From contig OZ024740.1 in NCBI GenBank assembly GCA_964016885.1, positions 282,472,001-282,536,000 on the forward strand: a stretch of DNA of 64,000 nucleotides, given 5' to 3'. The stretch comes from Eledone cirrhosa (taxonomy: Eukaryota). Below the pieces are notes generated by a model, which did no database searches, was not told where the DNA came from, and worked only from the letters and a program-made list of their open reading frames with translations. A program made the translations under genes and the position numbers. Below are positions 1 to 15,525 of the stretch, in pieces (the first letter of the stretch is position 1; each line of letters begins with the position of its first letter).

Positions 1-68
1 TCGATTTAATCGACTTTCCCCTCCCCCAAATTGCTGGCCTTGTGCCTATATAAGAAACCATTATTATT
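1..68 (+). mobile_element. 3' tail of tRNA-derived SINE (family S1)
   Basis: tcgatttaatcgac...aattgctggccttgtgccta...attattatt matches the tail of the full copy at 20517-20710. Confidence 0.75.
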
Positions 69-644
69 TTATCGACCTCTCTAATATGAAGTCAATGAAT
101 GTAAAGACATTTGAATGGAGAGTCACGTGTTAATAAGGAAGTAAACTAAAAGACTCAGGTTATAGTACTTTGAACTTAGATGTTTGATTTAGTAATATTC
201 AAGTAATTTGGGGAAAAAATTACTTATTTTTGTTGCTATAATTCTTCAAAATTCCATTCATTATAGCTTTGGGTGAGTGCACGTATGTATGTGTCAGTGT
301 ATCTGCGAGTCTGTGTGTGTGTGTCTGTGAGTCTGTGTGGTGATCTGTGTGTGTACGTGTGCGTGTCTGTCTGTGTGAGTGTGTATTTGATGTAGATTTA
401 ATAAACATGACAAAAATGTAATTTAGAATGTGATTATACATATAGGCCTTTTTTATTATTGTACTGATTTCTATCATTGCATTGCAGCTCTACTGGAGCA
501 TCGTATTCGAAAGTTCAAAATGCACCGATGATTGACCCCCTTGCTACTGTTGGACACCGCCAAGGGACAATAGCCTCCGGTGTTTTTGCATAGCTACGGC
601 TCTCTAAATGCTTATCTATAAACATACCTTATTTCTTTAGAAAT

Positions 645-675
645 ACACACATACATACGCACACACACATACACA

Positions 676-768
<93 letters not shown>

Positions 769-852
769 CCAGGGGGTGTAACTAGGAGTTACTGCAGGTT
801 CACCCGGGAGAGCACTCGATGTTTAGGTTCACTTCTGTGATGAGGTGTAGAG

Positions 853-904
<52 letters not shown>
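645..904. repeat. (CA)n/(TA)n microsatellites flanking a ~85 bp interspersed repeat fragment (769-853) also seen at ~46610-46692
   Basis: Direct reading; agttactgcaggttcacccggg...gaggtgtagagcta is shared with 46622-46692. Confidence 0.75.
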
Positions 905-906
<2 letters not shown>

Positions 907-1249
907 CAACCTAGATATTATTTGATGTACTGATTGCACACCGGTATAGATAAATTCAGGCATAGACACGTGTCTATCTGTATGCGTTTAACCCAACTAC
1001 TAGAATTAACAGCTAAACGTCTCTCAATTTATCTTACTATTTTCAACACCAACAGAAGAGTGCCGAGGGCAAAGGCAACCACTCTAAATCTCCTTCATCG
1101 ACCTTACGAAGGCACTCGGCCTAGTTAATAGAGAGGGCCTGTTCAAAATCCTTGCGAAAATTGTCCCCCAAGAATTCTCGTGATAGTCTAATCGTTTCAT
1201 GTAAATATGAAAGGTATCGTTCAATTTAATGGCTCTTCTATGGAGACAT

Positions 1250-2190
1250 TTAACATATGTAGCGGTGTGAAGCAAGACTGTTTTGGGATGACGTAGTACT
1301 AACAACGCACTGCGAGGAGTAAATGCAGCACCTCATGGCCAAACTCTCAAGGGCAAGCCAGGAAGTCAGCCTGAAGAAAACCAACGTACGTAGAAAACCC
1401 TTACCAGCATCATCAACAACTAAGTGCTGGAAGTAGTCCACGAATTCATCAACCTCGACTCCACCATCAATGACAGCTCCTCCTTGGAACCTGGGGTCAG
1501 CAGGAGGTTTGGAGGAGCAGCATCCATATATGCCAGGATGATGAAGTGGGATGGGGAGAACAAAACACTAAGATTGCTGTCTACTAGGTGTATGTTCCTA
1601 GCACACTTCTTGGCGGGAGCGAGACATAGAGCCTCTACTCCAGACTAGAATGGAGTCTCAATGTCTTCCACCTATAGAACCTCACACGCATTTTGGATAT
1701 CAATTGGACGAACCGGGTCATCAACATAGAAGTCTTCAGCCGCACCAAGATACGCAGAATATTTACCCTGCTCCAACAGAGCCGTCAGCGCTGGGTAGGT
1801 CACGTGCATCGTATGCCTGACGGCAGGATCCCAAAAGATCTACTCTATGGGGAACTAGCCACCGGCACAAGAGCACGAGGACGATCTCATCTTCGTTGCA
1901 AAGATGTTAGCCCGAGAGATATGAAACCAAGAGATCTGGACATCCAGAAATGGGAGGGAATGGCTAATGGTCACCCACTATGGAGACGAGTGCAGCATAA
2001 AGGGATCGAGCGAGGGAAAGAGAAACTGAAACTAACCACCGCCCTCGAAGAAAGGATAGCGCAGTAGCACTGGAGGAGAATATCTTCAAATGCAATCGCT
2101 GTATAGAGGATTGCCACTCCCACGTGGGCCTGTACAGCTACAACCGACGCAGACGTTGCACCAGCATCAACAGCTGACACAATTATCCAG
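1250..2190 (+). mobile_element. Decayed RTE-clade LINE, 3' part (end of RT to C-terminus)
   Basis: Translation shows I.W..RV.N.EV, LQQSRQRWVGHVHRMPDGRIPKDLLYGELATG.R.RGR and a terminal C..C...CHSHVGLYSY motif typical of RTE/BovB ORF ends; frameshifts and stops present. Confidence 0.85.
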
Positions 2191-2768
2191 GTGTAGATCA
2201 TTATATTTATATATGCGTGTGTACACATACACACATAAATGTTGGCGTACATTTGCATCTTTCGACAACCAGATTTCTCTTCAAACCCAGAACTACATTA
2301 TTTGAAGTAAACATCTTAACCAAATGGCTAGTATTGCATATTTTGGTGTAAAATGTTATCTTCAAAATTATATTCATGTCTGATAATCTATTTTTAGTTC
2401 TGAAACACACATTTTATCAGCCAAACAACTGTTGCCTGCTGCAAAATCAGTACACTCGTTTCGTTTTATTCTAATAACCTAAGATATTCTAATGACCTAA
2501 TATAAACCTGATGAGGTCAAGTTATTATCTGCTATTTGATATATTGAGAGAGTACAGTCAACTTTACCTACTTGTCTTTCTCTTTATATTTAAAAATGTT
2601 CGTTGACATGAAAAAAATACTAGGTCAGTTTGTAAATAAATAGTATTATTAGATGTGTTCCATGCATTTAAGAAAAGGTGAATAGGTAAAATTAAATAGG
2701 TGATGTGAATTTTATGTTTGTAATGCTCTTATTAACTATAGATATCATTGGGCAATTTTAGATGCTCA

Positions 2769-3450
<682 letters not shown>

Positions 3451-3589
3451 TATGATATCTATAGTTAATGTTTACAAAATAGATGTAGCTGTTGCATAAC
3501 GAATATATGCATGGTCCCGTAATTCCTGAAAGAGTCCTAGGTGCACCCTATTGATATGCTGCGTTCCTGGGACACCTTTATACCTGGCC

Positions 3590-4115
3590 ATGCCCATCTC
3601 CTCTCAAGGTCTGAATACAGCAGATTTCTTCCAGAGAAGGATAGAGAAAATGAAAGAATGGAAGTGAGAAAGAGGTGTAGAGGAAGAATCGTCGCCATTA
3701 ATAGACTGGTACTTTTTTTATAGACCTCGAATGGATGAAATTTGAGCTCAGCGGGTTTTGAACTCAGAGAACAGAGAGTCGAAACGAATTTTACAAAGCA
3801 TTCTAGCCGACGTTGTAACGATTCTACCAATTCGCCAGCAACGAATATGTATGCATGTATGTATGAACCCGAACTCCTGACGGAGCCCATTTCTCCAGGT
3901 CTGAATACAGCAAATTTCTTCCAGAGAAGGATAGATAAAGGGAAATAATCGAAGTGAAAAGAGATATAGAGGAAGAATCGACCACAGTATTAGACTGGTA
4001 TTTTTTTTATCGGCCTCGAATGCATGAAATTTGAACTTAGAGAACAGAGTGTCGAAATAAATATTACAAATCATTCTATCCGACGTTCTAACGACTCTAC
4101 CAATTCCCCACCAAC
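3590..4115 (-). mobile_element. Two tandem SINE copies (S1-related subfamily with long 3' extension)
   Basis: ~295 bp direct repeat (ggtctgaatacagca...cttccagagaaggataga...tttgaactcagagaacagag...taccaattc) with reverse B-box; related copies near 39705-39960 and 47540-47765. Confidence 0.65.
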
Positions 4116-4419
4116 GAATATATATGTATCAATAAAAAACAAAATAAGGGTATATTTACGCGTGCCTTCAGAATTTGACGCCTGGAAGCTCTGGAAAAGG
4201 AAGAAAGAAAGAGAAGTATATCGCCATCTGTACATCATATACTGAAATGGTCAGAAAACTAAAAACTCCTAACATAATTCTTAAACAATTCAATTTTCTT
4301 TATAAAGGTGGTAAGCCTATATATATAAGAAACAATAACAAGAGTAAGAGAGAGTGAAAAAGATGAAAATGTAAAAAAGACAACAAACAAAAGGGGAAAA
4401 GGAGAATTAAAAACAGTTA

Positions 4420-4587
4420 CCGTATTTCCCGGCGTCGAAGACGCTACATTTTTCCTAAAATAAGTCTCAAAAATCTACCAGGCGTCCTGGAGGCCGAAGG
4501 ATGTTTATTATTTTTTTTTTTATTTTTGGTTGTCAAAATTAGGGTGCGTCCTCGAGGACGAATCGTCTTCGGCGCCGGGAAATAGGG
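4420..4587. mobile_element. pogo/Tc1-mariner-type MITE
   Basis: 24 bp TIRs CCGTATTTCCCGGCGTCGAAGACG / CGTCTTCGGCGCCGGGAAATAGGG (2 mismatches), flanked by TA on both sides. Confidence 0.85.
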
Positions 4588-4719
4588 TAAATAGTTCTGT
4601 TATTAAATCATTTTGTAATTTTCAATAATGATTTCTTTATTAACCACAAAGGTTTATTGGTAGCTTCTAATAATAGGAAGATCTAGGGTTGCTGGGTACT
4701 TGAAACATATTGCATCCCC

Positions 4720-5610
4720 AAATTCGGACCGGACCCCCAGGTGGATAAGAACTGGGACGAGGTAACGAGTTGGGTGGCCAATCTCACCCAGAAATCAGTC
4801 GAGAGAAAGGTATCCCTGAAAGGTCGGGTGGAGGTGGCGAACGAGTACATCGCACCCGTCATCTACTACCGCCTGACCGTCGTGCCTTGCTCCCGTTCGC
4901 ACCTTACCAAATTGGAGCGTCTGCTCTTCCGCTTTTTATGGAAGTAAGTGTCAGGTTCCATTGGTGAGGTGGTGAATCTGCTGCAAACACCCTCTACGCA
5001 GAAGGTTGGGGCTGCCATGGCTGATGATGCGCAAACATGCGCTGAGGCAATAGCAACTTCAGATATTCTTAAAAAGTGAACAGTTGTGGTCACCGTCTGT
5101 GAGACATATTTTTCTGCAGCTTGTCCCTTTGACTGACCTGCAGTCCAGGGGCAAGAAGAAACCGCGATTGTGTGCCTGGCATCTGGAATGTTACCAGGCA
5201 CTCAATGCTCTCCACCATATGGGCAATGGGCAATGCGGACAGTAGAAATTCCACTCTTGAGTTCTAGAGAGGTTAGTGGTGGGCAAGTGCCACGATGCTG
5301 TTGGAGTCGACAAAATTGAACTGACCAGTCAGTTCCAGAGGACGTTCGACCCGGGAACTATGGCTAACTTCCAGAAATCCCTCACTTGGTAGAGAGGGGG
5401 CACTGCCGGTTCGAGATAAACTTTACAGGCAAGAAACAAGTGCTGCCTCCCAGTACAGTTGCTAAAAGGTGGGTGAATGTGGCGAGAATGGTCCGTGTGA
5501 ATAGGCCTACTCTGAACATGTGTCTGTAGGCTGGTTGATTTTAGGAGGAGAGAGGTGCCCTTCCCGTGTGCCTTCGAAGCTTCGTGTAGTTCAGCATTGG
5601 TGGGATAGCT
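4720..5610 (+). mobile_element. Tx1/L1-clade LINE fragment, post-RT region
   Basis: NWDEV...RKVSLKGRVEVAN.YI...IYYRL.V.P....LTKLERLLFRFLWK is typical of the L1/Tx1 post-RT segment; homologous to 26445-26667. Confidence 0.75.
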
Positions 5611-5629
5611 GAGTCAAAAATGTGTGCTC

Positions 5630-6800
5630 AAATCGGACCGTTTTTAAAAAATGAAACAGTTACTACCTGTTCTGTTAGACCGGGAGTAGTACTGCTGCTC
5701 AGAAAATACGCGAAAAAAGGAGAGGCAAAGAAAAGTTTTCGGCCTAAAACTTTGCTGACTGCACAGTTTAAAGTTTTGACCAAAGTGTTAGCAAAGAGCA
5801 TGGCGCTTAATACCGAGAGTTTCGTCGTGAAAGTGCAAACATGCGGAGTCCCAAACAGATGTATGCACGACAAACTCCACATGTGGGAAGTAAACTTGGA
5901 TTCTGTGGGTCTCTGATCAAACTGGATCAATGTAAACCTTTCGATGGGGTTTAAATCACTAATCGTTGACTGTCGTTAATGCAGCCTGTTTCGATCAGGT
6001 TTTCAGTAGCTGGATCGCAGCAACACGTAGCGGTGGTACCTGCGTGGTGGTCAATATAAATGACCAGCTCTAAGAACCGTCCTTTATCCATTTAAGATAG
6101 CCACTCTCATATCTGGTTAAATTCTGGCCCTCGAGCCACAGATATGGAAGTTAGAGCTGTTGAAAGGCTTCCCTTTTGAATTTGGATCCGGGATACTTGT
6201 ATTGACATATGTGAAAACGCCACTATATTAGTGTTGGTCACTACGCAGTTAGAATTGGTTGGCACCGCTCTAAAAGAATATGAGGTAGTGGAAGAAGCAG
6301 AGATCAGCCTGAGACATGCAGATCAGCACTTAGAGAAGTACATCAATGCTATCAGAGTCGTGGTATCTTGGTTCGATGACCGGTTAGATATTTGGACAAG
6401 AAGAGGGAAGAGGGTATGAGCAGGGTTTCCGGATTCAACCAGAAATGGACTCACAAAAAATATCACTGAAATGCGCATGTATCGCTAATTTGTGTATTTA
6501 TGTCGAAAAACTTTTGTGTGAAGGTCGAATTCAAGTTATCCACTGTATCCTTCATGAATATCACCCAACTGCCCTCCTATAACAGGTAAGTGGAAGTAGT
6601 TTTCCTTTGTCTGGTGGCTATGGCGAAAGAAAATGTGTGATGGACAACTTCCAAAATGTTCAAGTTTCACCGGGAAAGAAAGGTGTGGGTGGACATGAAG
6701 GGCTCTCCTCCGAAAAATGTAACAAAGGGTGAGCGAAAGCTGCAAACATAGCACTATAGTTCAGACAGTGAGAGTTGAGTGATGGCACTCGCTCTTGGTG
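5630..6800 (+). mobile_element. Tx1/L1-clade LINE RT remnant (heavily decayed)
   Basis: FRPKTLLTAQFKVLTKVLAK...QTCGVPNR.MHD.LH matches RT domains 1-2; later ELVG.ALKEYE.V..A.I. Confidence 0.7.
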
Positions 6801-7079
6801 TTCAGTGGCATTATAAATTTGTGGGGTTTCCCAATTAGCCAAAGGTATTTACCTCTTAGTACTGAGGACTGAATGCCTCATTTAATTATATGGTATGTAT
6901 ACCTATGTTGTATAACTATGTGTGCATGTTACTCGTTTTTCTTATTCCTATGATAAGCCCCACCATCATGTTATGACATGTCTTTTTAATGCCTCTTTCA
7001 TCAGATGGCCTTGTGGCAATTTGTGTTCGCTCTGTGAATTGCCAATACAAACAATCATTATTATTTTTTTTTTTTTCGA

Positions 7080-7343
7080 TTACCAATGCAATAAAAACTG
7101 GATAACTATTTGATATATTATGGGACTTAATAGACTGAGAAATACACACACACACACACACACATACACACACGCACATACACACACACACATACACACA
7201 GACACACATGCATACACACACACACATACTCACACACACACACACACGCACATACGTACGCACACACATACTCACACACACACACACGCGCGCGTACACA
7301 CACAGACACATACTCACACACACACAGACACATACTCACACAC

Positions 7344-7380
<37 letters not shown>

Positions 7381-7548
7381 GAAACACATCGATAAAATGT
7401 CAGATTAAAATCTTAGTGCATTCGTATTTTATCAAAACTCTTTTTTTCAATTACCAATGCAATAAAAACTGGATATGCTATTTGATTTATTATGGGACTT
7501 AGACTGATAAATGCCAGACACACAGACATACACACACAAACACACACA

Positions 7549-7619
<71 letters not shown>

Positions 7620-7665
7620 CTATAAAATGTCAGATTAAAATCTTAGTGCATTTGGGTTTTATTAA
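7080..7665. repeat. Local tandem duplication (~370 bp period) containing (CA)n tracts
   Basis: ttaccaatgcaataaaaactggata...gggactt...(CA)n...taaaatgtcagattaaaatcttagtgcatt occurs twice (from 7080 and 7451). Confidence 0.85.
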
Positions 7666-8764
7666 AAATCTCTATTTTTTAAATTTCATACTGTTTGGTA
7701 TTTACATTGGCAATGAGACATTGTCAGTTTGCTCTATCATTTCCCGGGATTATTTTCATAGATATTGTTATCTATTCCCAAGGGATTGTTTTTCTCAGGG
7801 AAGTAGTCAATAATATTTGACGTCGTAATTTTTAGCCTCATGATATCAATAATGATGATATCTTGATCAACTGAAGTCTTACGACCATCAGAGAAGTAAC
7901 ATGAACAGTGGGGGCTAGGGCTGGGTAGAAACTCTATGAAGCTACCGAAGTGTGATGGTGGCACAAAATATGATTTGGAGAATACAAGAAATGTGTATCG
8001 AATCCCGAAGCGTTAGTCGTTAGAATTCACTTATATCAGTGTTATATATGAGAGGACAATTTAATAGACCGTGTCTTATTGTGTGGCATCAGAGAAGCGA
8101 TCATTGCAGAAAAGGTGTAAAGCATGAAGATCAATTGTTTCTAAATATTAATAAGGAAACTATTTCACCTGATTACTCTCAACCCCCCCCCCCTTTCTTC
8201 TGCTCTATCAGTTATTTATAATTGCTTTCTCCACTTTTGATATCACGATAATCCACTAAAGCTTTTTGCAATAATCTTCATAGAAGTCTTCAACTTCTAC
8301 ATTTCTTATAAGCCTTATCCATATAACTTAAACTTATGCAAAAGGTGAAACATTTAATTTTGCCAGTTAATATTCTTCGATTAACACTTAACGTATCTTA
8401 CATTTCCATACCCAACCGTTATCCATAATGCTTGCTATAGTAGAATAAATTAGAATTATAACCCATGGGTGTGTATTTATCTATATATATATTGGTATTA
8501 GATTAGAGGTGCAAATTAATTGCGTCCGTAAGCGATTTGCTTTTGTTACTGATTGCACTTCTGAACTATTTAATATACCGGTATTCCAGATGTCCTTCAA
8601 TTTGTGGCATTTTACTTACAATACGAAAATATTTCGATCTTTTATTGATGATTATACATAGGTGAATAGTAAAATACATTAACGTAGTGACTAATTCTGG
8701 TTTAGAATAACAGGAAAAACAACTCAAAAGTTTAAGTTATTTATAGGTTATTAAAAATTGAAAG

Positions 8765-9033
8765 TAATAAAAACATTATTATGGCCGGTAGCTCTATATG
8801 GTTGTGAGTCATGAATTTTAAAGGCATCTAACTTGAAACTACTGATTGCATTTGAAATGTCATGCTATAGGCGTGCACTCAAAATTAGCTGGTCAGCTCA
8901 CGGAACAAGTGAATCTGTTCTGGAAAAGATTGGTGCCAATCGAAAGTTGGTTGAAACAGTAAGGAAGAGGAAACTTCAGTATTTTGGTCATGTAATAAGG
9001 GCCCAACATTTTACTACCCATATCCTTGAGTAG
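8765..9033 (+). mobile_element. RTE/RTE-X LINE fragment
   Basis: WPVALYGCES*...LIAFEM.CYRRALKISW....S..VL......L...VRKRKLQYFGHVIR. Confidence 0.8.
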
Positions 9034-9500
9034 AAAAACATATACGTTAGTTAGGACTTATAAACTTGATTTACAGCCAGACGGAATCCCTAGTTAATTT
9101 CTTCCAATAATTTTCTTAAGTTATCTCGCATATCAGTGCTTATTCATCAAGATTATTTATATTCAGCTATCTTGCGTTGTTAGATGTAATGGTAAAGGCG
9201 ATGTTTCCCAAAGGGAGTTTAATAAGTCTACAATATAACCTGATTTGTCATGATCATACTCACTACGTATTTTCTGACATAAATCTTTATATAATTTCAA
9301 TTATGGAATTATCTCCTTTGTCTTTCTTAACAAGAATTAGTCATTAAAGATTTTGTTTATAATTTTCATTATGGATGTAATTAATAAATCTATGTTGACT
9401 CCTTATAACTGTTTGTTTTTCACGAAAGCATCAGTAAGTCATTCATTTCCGTTCATTCAATCAAGAGATACTCCAAGAACTACAAAAAATAAACTCTAAT

Positions 9501-10058
9501 TTGTCAATACTCACCAACAAACTAAACTCTACAAGTGAAGAAACAATCCCCAAATACACATCCGATGAAATCAACGACAATATCAACAACTTATGTGAAA
9601 CAATCAAAACATACCTGAATAACAACACAAATCCTATCCAAGCGAACGAAAATACACATGACACTAATACACTTACAACTCACCAAATAAAAAACAATTT
9701 AATACCACAATGGTACACATCTCTTAAAAACAGGAAATTCTCCTTTTGGAAGATGATACAAAACAATAACAAAGCGGAGATCTATGAAAAATGGATCAAC
9801 TCTTCCCCATTAATCATCCCCCGAAAACTACAAATTAAATCCATCCCAAACGAACCAGAGACACAAAGACAACTCAGGGAAAGAATGGCCCTTGATAACA
9901 TAAAGACCGAAATAGAACTCCTTAAATTGAGAGCCCAAGCAAATGAAGATAGGATCAAATCAATCGACGATGAGATTAATCAAGCAATTATCAATAAAAC
10001 CAAAGACACCACCCTAGAAAATATTTTAAAACTATATAGACAATTATTAAATATATAA
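9501..10058 (+). pseudogene. 185-codon open frame, probably a retroelement ORF fragment (unclassified)
   Basis: Non-repetitive, A/C-skewed stop-free frame with helical or coiled-coil character (WYTSLKNRKFSFW...YEKW...IIPRKL...EIELLKLR); no recognised catalytic motif. Confidence 0.35.
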
Positions 10059-10227
10059 ATAAATAAATAAATGCCATTGCTAATTGATAAATAAATTAAC
10101 TAATACCTTAACACTTCACACAAAGTAAAATATTTTGTTTTAAACATTTTCTAACCCAGAAAAAAGAGAAAAAAATAAAAGGAAAAAAATATATTTTTCT
10201 TCCTAATAATCGTCTTTTTCTCCCTAT

Positions 10228-10266
<39 letters not shown>

Positions 10267-10292
10267 GGTACACATATATAAATATATGTATG

Positions 10293-10364
<72 letters not shown>

Positions 10365-10479
10365 GTATGTGATTTAGTGAATTAGTGGTGGTGGTGGTAC
10401 AAGAACGAGCAGCACTATGTGCACACGAAGAGTGTGTATTAAGAAAAACGCCGAAATTTCGTTTACATGTATTTAGTTT

Positions 10480-10710
10480 TTTATTGTCAATAGACCTGTT
10501 ACGCGCGTTTCGCAGAGTATTGGCTCAAGGTCACCAAAATTAACAATATATTTTTTTCTTGAATCACCAAGCTAAAGAGCAGTTCGGTAATGGAATTTGG
10601 CCCAACACTTCTGTGGATAACACTGAGCTAATCCTCTGCGAAATGTGCATAACAGGTCAATACACAATAAAAAATGAATACATGAATACGAAACTTCATC
10701 GTTTTTAATT
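10480..10710. mobile_element. Degenerate fold-back repeat with hammerhead 3'-half remnants
   Basis: Minus strand CUGC-GAAAC-GCGC-GUA-ACAGGUC (10494-10514); diverged inverted copy at 10635-10660 preceded by CUAAAGA-GCAG. Confidence 0.35.
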
Positions 10711-11367
10711 ATATATACACACACTCACACACACACACACACACACACGTACACACACACATGCACACATACACACACTTACACATACACACACTTACAC
10801 ATACACACACGCACACATATACACACACATCATTGTTCAATATAGAACAGTTTCATTCGACTTAACTCGGGATTGACATATATATATTTGTGTGTCTATA
10901 TATATAAATATATATATATATATAACATTTACTACGGGAACATTTTAATTTCATATGATAATAATCAGATTTATATTATCAAATGTGTAAAGCAATTTCA
11001 AGACGTTTATAGTGGTTTGTTTATGCTGACAAAGGAATTTCATAAATTCTGACCTGATTCCCTAGTTTTCCAAATTTCTTAAATTCTTCGAAATGATATA
11101 GTTTCAGTATTATCTCTCTTCACATCAGAATTGTTGCCAATTTTAACAGAAAGGTGTTAGTATTTAACAGTTGCTAAATAACTAGACGAGATTTGCTATG
11201 TAATTGTTTAATACAATTTACCCTTTTATGTTCTATTCCTCAAAACACGCCCACTCGCATACCATGTACACAGACACATGATAGAATTACAGTGGAATCT
11301 ACTTAAGATAATTACGAATAATGTTATCACACGGTTATTGTTATGAAAATTAGTCGATCACAAAACC

Positions 11368-11401
<34 letters not shown>

Positions 11402-11467
11402 AATTATATATATATAGTTAAATTAAATTAGAAGGAGAAAGAGAGAGAGAGATTGGTATCTAGGACG

Positions 11468-11573
<106 letters not shown>

Positions 11574-12050
11574 CGACCTGGCTACCAAACTCCCTATCAC
11601 TCTCTCCTAATCAAACACTCATAAATGTATAAATGGTATTGATTTGTATTGCCATTTCTAAAAACAATATACATTCAGAATAATCATTGCATCAGGGTTT
11701 CTTACAGCCGATACGAAAACGGAGAACCTCTACGTTGTCGCTCAAACTGCTAATTAAATCAACTAAATCTATTTCAAACCTTAAAAGAAGTAAGGATGTA
11801 TTGGATAATGTAGTATTGAATGTACATTAAAATGATGGTGGTCATTGCTATCATGTCATTCACGGGGTTAAACAATAAGCAACAACAACAATAATCACAA
11901 CGGTAACAAACAGCTGAACAAGTTTGCTAATCTTTGAAATTTGGTAGGAGGAAACTATGTAGAGGTCCGGAGAAATAGAAATTTGTCTAAAGAAATTTCA
12001 GCCTGATAGTGGGGCTTAAAAGCCCACTAAATATGGAAAAGGATGAGTAT

Positions 12051-12129
12051 TGATGTACATGGGAGTGGAACCCACATCCTTGGTTATACAGTCCACTGTG
12101 TTACTGTGTTACCATTACACCAATACATC
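12051..12129 (-). pseudogene. tRNA-like sequence (tRNA pseudogene or SINE head)
   Basis: GATGTA..TACATCA acceptor-like stem, A box TGGTGTAATGG, B box GGTTCCACTCC, loop CTGTATA; 8 nt internal duplication (taacacag). Confidence 0.45.
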
Positions 12130-12561
12130 ACCCATCACTTTCTATTCAAATTAGAAACTATATATTCATAGCAAGTTTAATGACAAAGCAAGTTTGTTTT
12201 GAAACAGCGAGCGAAGTTCGAAATTCAGTAAAAACAGAAGCTTTTGTCGTATTTCTGACTGAAAAAATTTCAGCCTAGCATTCTAAACCCCATTTTTAAA
12301 CCCCACTATTTAGAAAAAAAGAAAATACGGCGAGAGCTTCTATTTCTACTGAATTTCTTCACTATACACATGCATTTGTACATACACACATATGTACATT
12401 TGTGAGTGAATATACACACGTTTATACACATACTATAACTATATTTCCTTATTTTATTTTTATATATCTCTTGCATTACTTTTATTTATATATTTTTTTG
12501 CCCGTTAAACTTTTGCCTTTCTTGAGGAGATTTTTCAAATGTTTCACTATGTTTTAAATTG

Positions 12562-12629
12562 CCTTTTCCGACGAACGAATGAGGACGTTTTTTGTATTCG
12601 TCTTATTCGGGAAACCTCTGGTAATGAGG
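12562..12629 (+). ncRNA. Type I hammerhead-like fold, C4 variant
   Basis: CCUUUU-CCGACGA-a[CGAAUGAGGACG...CGUCUUAUUCG]g-GAAAC-CUCUG-GUA-AUGAGG; helix I imperfect. Confidence 0.5.
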
Positions 12630-12654
12630 TAATTATACTGTATTGTTTATTATA

Positions 12655-12728
<74 letters not shown>

Positions 12729-12796
12729 GAGAGAGAGATTTGCATATACATAAACTAGACAGAGCCATAGATATATATATATATGTGTTTTTTTTT

Positions 12797-13796
<1,000 letters not shown>

Positions 13797-14105
13797 TGTG
13801 TGTGAGTATATGTATGAGAATGAATGAGCATGAGTGTGACAACGACTTGAACCTTAGTTACTCGGAAAAATATAAATGGAATGTACAAAGATAACAACCG
13901 AAAATACATTATGCGTCATCTTTACTTTATTTACTACGTACCACCAGATGTGTAGAACTCTTCTTATCTTGTAATAAAAGACAAAACAAAACAAAAATAC
14001 GCGCATTTCCAAAAAAACGCGTACAGTGTGTTGTAGAAAGGTTAAATTAAAGTGCTTGTGTTTGTGGTTTTGCGAGTTCTTAGAATAGAGAAGTGACAGT
14101 CTGCT

Positions 14106-14139
14106 GAGGTCTGATGAGGGGGAAAAGTTATCTAACCTC
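14106..14139 (+). ncRNA. Minimal hammerhead-like motif lacking helix II
   Basis: GAGGU-CUGAUGA-GGGG-GAAA-AGUUAUC-UA-ACCUC; 5 bp helix I, imperfect helix III. Confidence 0.4.
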
Positions 14140-14224
14140 TTTCTAAAAAAAGAAAACGGTTTTGGTTTCTTTTTAATTAGCCACAAAATGGCTGATAGAA
14201 AACTACATGTCATTGACTTAAATA

Positions 14225-14420
14225 TAATTGTTTCTACTTTTGGCACAAGTCCAGCAATTACTGGTACCTTATTTCATCGACCCCGTTAGGATGAAAGGTA
14301 AAGTTAACCTCGGCGGGATTTGAACTCATACCGTAAAGGGCCGTAACTCTGTTCTACAAAGCATGGCGTCCGATCTCTACCAATACTGCCAACCCACCAT
14401 CTTACGCCAATCCACCGCCC
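14225..14420 (-). mobile_element. tRNA-derived SINE (family S1)
   Basis: Reverse A/B boxes (gagttcaaatcc) and central gcctttcatcct..ggggtcgat-type domain. Confidence 0.85.
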
Positions 14421-15525
14421 GTTGCCAATCCACTGCTCATTGACTTAAATATAATAATTGACTAAAGACATTTTAATAGGATTATACTATATAAAAAACG
14501 TAAAATTAGTGAAATCAAGGGAACGGGACAGGGAGTGGCAGTCTCTACCCTCCTCTCTACGTGGTATTACACGGACATAATGGCGATGGCATTGCGGTTG
14601 AGAACAGCCAGCAACATCTACTGCATCAGTCGTTTCCGAGACAAAGCAGTGTAACAAGCATTTCACTTTTTGCATAATGACGTGAATAAGGTCGCTACAT
14701 TATTTCCTCCTAGTTTAATAGGAAAACATCAATCGATAAGGAGAAATAAAGCGCACATAAAAGATAAAGAATACATGTATACTGACAAGAGTAAATGGTA
14801 CATATGGACTGTCAGCCAAGGAATTGGCAGAGATATGCAGCATACCCAGGTGAAGACCTGGGATTTTCATTACATTTGCGTAAATATCAAGAGAAACTGC
14901 AAGTGGGCGCAAGCTTCAAGTGAAGTCCAAAACTGCGTGTATGTGTGTGCTCAATGGAAGAGGCATTGCAATATGGCATGTGCTTTAATGTAAATACTTA
15001 TGCAGATATGTCAAATGAACTATGATGTTAGTGCCCTGCAATGATCCATACATGGTTTATTTAAATGCTATTTTATGCTCTAAATGAGTTCATAGTTGGA
15101 TCTCTTGGAAGAGGGGTGTTAAGGGTGAAAACAAAGTGCTTATTGATGTCCAGCAGCATAATTTGTTTGTTTCGTGTATTCGCCTGTATTTTTAACAAAT
15201 AATATGTGTCTATGCGTGTGCATACGTGTGTGTGTATGTGTATGTATGTGTGTGTGTATGTGTGTGCATGCGTGTGTATAAAGCAAACCAAAATCCAATA
15301 TACAAGAAATTTCTTCGGCAGAAAGGAAATACTATTTGGATGAAAGTTGTTGACAGCCAATTAAACATTTTAAAGAACTGAAATACTTATATGGTTAAAC
15401 ATACAGAAAAAAGAAAGCAGTATTAGAAAGGAGTATAAATGCCTTAAGTGAGAGGAAAAGGAGGAGGAGAGCAAGGACTACTAGACAAAGGAGAGAAGAA
15501 GGGGGAAGAGGAGAGGGTGACATAC

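Noticed and set aside
2508-2530. CTGATGAG motif
   Set aside because: No downstream helix II plus GAAA and no helix I; chance match
11290-11370. TA|CAGTGGAATCTAC Tigger-like terminus
   Set aside because: No matching second TIR found
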